Below, piece by piece: positions 62,137 through 64,000 of a stretch of 64,000 bases of DNA. The DNA comes from Vicinamibacteria bacterium. GTDB lineage: Bacteria; Acidobacteriota; Vicinamibacteria; Marinacidobacterales; Marinacidobacteraceae. Made by a program: the position numbers and the translations under genes. Every line of letters begins with the position of its first letter. Positions within the stretch are counted from its first letter, which is position 1. The DNA lies in NCBI GenBank assembly GCA_963555995.3, contig OY821641.1, positions 928,001-992,000 of the forward strand, given 5' to 3'. Under the pieces are notes generated by a model. That model did no database searches. It was given only the letters and a program-made list of their open reading frames with translations, and was not told the origin of the DNA.

Positions 62137-64000
62137 TCAACTTCCGGAGACGCGAAGGGACCGGCGGCGTTTGCGTTTCTTCTTGGTAGCGGCGGCGGTC
62201 AGCGGGGCGCGGAGACGTTCGTACAGGGTGAAGAGATGTTCGACGCGCTCGCGCTCGGAGCGGAACGGGCGGGGGCGGTAGAGGCGGTCCACGGCGCGGT
62301 CGAGCGCTCGGTGGGCGCGGCGCAGTTCGACGGGCATCAACTCTGGATCGTAGAGGTCCGCGAGGGTCGCGCCGGGGTGTACGGCGCGGGCATCAAGGAC
62401 GGCTTGGGCGAGCGAGTCGAGGGGAGCCAGGTCCGCGTCCTTCGGGGGCAGTGGGAAAGCGTTGTAGACGAGACCGATTGAGTACCGATAGCGGCTCTCC
62501 AGTCGTCCGCCGATGTGACGCAGCCAAGCCATGTGCATGGTGGACGTCAGCAGGGCGAAGGTTGCCTTCTCGGCACCGAGCAATATCTTCAGGGCATTGC
62601 TGGGAACGACCGGGGGCTCCATCCAAGCCATCGGCGCATACTCGCGCCGCTCAGAGCTTGTTTCCGGGACTACGAGGAACGGTGCTGACGGTATGACGTT
62701 GACGTGATACAGCGTTGGGGTTTCAGCCAGATCCCGGGTTGACGCGGCCCGGCTTGCCAACCGGACAGCCTTGACAGCAGCGATCCGTCGGCGGACTTCC
62801 GGGAGCTGTCGCAGCGTCTGTGGCGGTGCATCGTGGAGCGCCAGAATCCAGCGATCCCCACCCTGCAGGAACTCCCGGCTTCCAACGTAGGGCCGGAGGA
62901 ACTGTGCAGCAGCGGGCTCGCTTGCGAGTAGGTCAACCCTCTCCTCCGCATTGAAGATGTAGTTCCCACCGTCAATCGGTTTGGACCCAATGACCAGCTT
63001 TGGGAGACCGTTGATCGGCCGGCTCTCCTCCCGCACCACCAGGTGCGGATCGGCCAGCCCACCCGCATCGAACAGGTACGGCGACAGCACCGCGTGGGCG
63101 CTCTCGTGCGGATCGCCCTTCACGTCGTCGTACGAAAACAGCCGCCGCGCCGCCGGAACCCCCTCCCGGTCGTCCAGCCCGATGATGACGACATGCACGT
63201 GCGCCATCCCCCGCGCGTCCGAGCCCCACGCGAACGTCCGGTGCGCGAAGGCGATCTCCAGCCCCGAGCGCCCGAACAGGATCGGCCACAACTGCGCCAC
63301 CTGCTCGCCCTGCGTGATCGAGTTCGTCGCCACGAAGCCGATCCGCGCCCGCCCGCCCGGCGGGCCGCTCTTCCCGACGTACTCCCCTGCCCGGAGGAAC
63401 CACGCCGTCACGTAGTCGAGCGTCCCCCCGGTCCCGCCGAGCGCCGCGATCCGCCGGACCTGCGCCCGCTGTTCCGGTGACTGGAACTTCGCGCCCCCGA
63501 ACGGCGGGTTCCCGAACACGAAGGAACAGTCCTCCGCCGGCAGCAGATCCTCCCAGTCCATCTCCAGCGCGTCCCCGCAGTGGATGTGCGGGGAGCGCTT
63601 GAGCGGAATGCGGGCGTAGGACTGGCCGAACTCGAGGCTGAGCTCGTTGTTCATCAGGTGGTCCATCATCCACAGCGCCACCTCGGCGATCCGGGCCGGG
63701 AACTCCCCGATCTCGATCCCGTAGAACCGGTCCACGTCGAGCCGGGACAGCGAACTCACGTCGAACTGGAGGACCTGCCGCTCCTCGCTCCCCAGCAGTT
63801 CGCGGAGCACTTCGAGTTCCAGCCGCCGCAGCTCGCGGTAGGCGATCACCAGGAAGTTGCCGCAGCCGCACGCCGGATCGAAGAACGTGAGCCGGCCGAG
63901 CTTCTCCTGGAACTCGCGCAGCCGCGGGAGCCGGCCGCGACGGAGCGCCTTGATCCGGGCGAACTCCCCCCACAGATCGTCGAGGAAGAGCGGCTCGATG
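62137..64000 (-). CDS. MmeI-family Type IIL restriction-modification enzyme (5' part outside window)
   Basis: FDPACGCGNFL, GNPPF, TNSITQGEQ, SSERR.Y, GRLESRYRYS, LADLYDP..MP. Confidence 0.92.
   Translation of the reverse strand, partial: IEPLFLDDLWGEFARIKALRRGRLPRLREFQEKLGRLTFFDPACGCGNFLVIAYRELRRLELEVLRELLGSEERQVLQFDVSSLSRLDVDRFYGIEIGEFPARIAEVALWMMDHLMNNELSLEFGQSYARIPLKRSPHIHCGDALEMDWEDLLPAEDCSFVFGNPPFGGAKFQSPEQRAQVRRIAALGGTGGTLDYVTAWFLRAGEYVGKSGPPGGRARIGFVATNSITQGEQVAQLWPILFGRSGLEIAFAHRTFAWGSDARGMAHVHVVIIGLDDREGVPAARRLFSYDDVKGDPHESAHAVLSPYLFDAGGLADPHLVVREESRPINGLPKLVIGSKPIDGGNYIFNAEERVDLLASEPAAAQFLRPYVGSREFLQGGDRWILALHDAPPQTLRQLPEVRRRIAAVKAVRLASRAASTRDLAETPTLYHVNVIPSAPFLVVPETSSERREYAPMAWMEPPVVPSNALKILLGAEKATFALLTSTMHMAWLRHIGGRLESRYRYSIGLVYNAFPLPPKDADLAPLDSLAQAVLDARAVHPGATLADLYDPELMPVELRRAHRALDRAVDRLYRPRPFRSERERVEHLFTLYERLRAPLTAAATKKKRKRRRSLRVSGS

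Overview
High-GC window from a diderm bacterium; gene content and order suggest Acidobacteriota (inference, not verified). The left half is mostly housekeeping: arginase, yceD-rpmF-fabD-fabG-acpP-fabF, mutY-leuS-lptE-holA, mgtE-recO-glyQS-mutL, bshA and a uracil-DNA glycosylase. The right half is accessory-rich. It holds an NCS2 permease with a degenerate HATPase-like tail, a YceI / Cyc2-like cytochrome-porin / cytochrome-lipoprotein trio, and an ECF sigma with a zinc-finger/bactofilin anti-sigma and a clear autoregulatory promoter. It also holds a peptidoglycan-recycling cluster interrupted by a Type II R-M pair, a TonB receptor, an uncharacterised HTH-PLD-like nuclease plus partner gene pair, cobO, an HNH nuclease and an MmeI-family enzyme cut by the window edge. 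Three intact toxin-antitoxin pairs and one decayed pair are scattered through the window. Non-coding structure includes a two-hairpin REP/REPIN family with compensatory base changes, a 120-bp tandem array built from it, a MITE-like element, leaderless-type promoters and an apparent window-wide depletion of RTCGAY. No rRNA, tRNA, CRISPR array or transposase was recognised. The best candidates for an undescribed system are the Cyc2-like operon (31519-33782) and the HTH-PLD two-gene module (56362-60200). All family calls come from motif recognition by eye; no searches were run.
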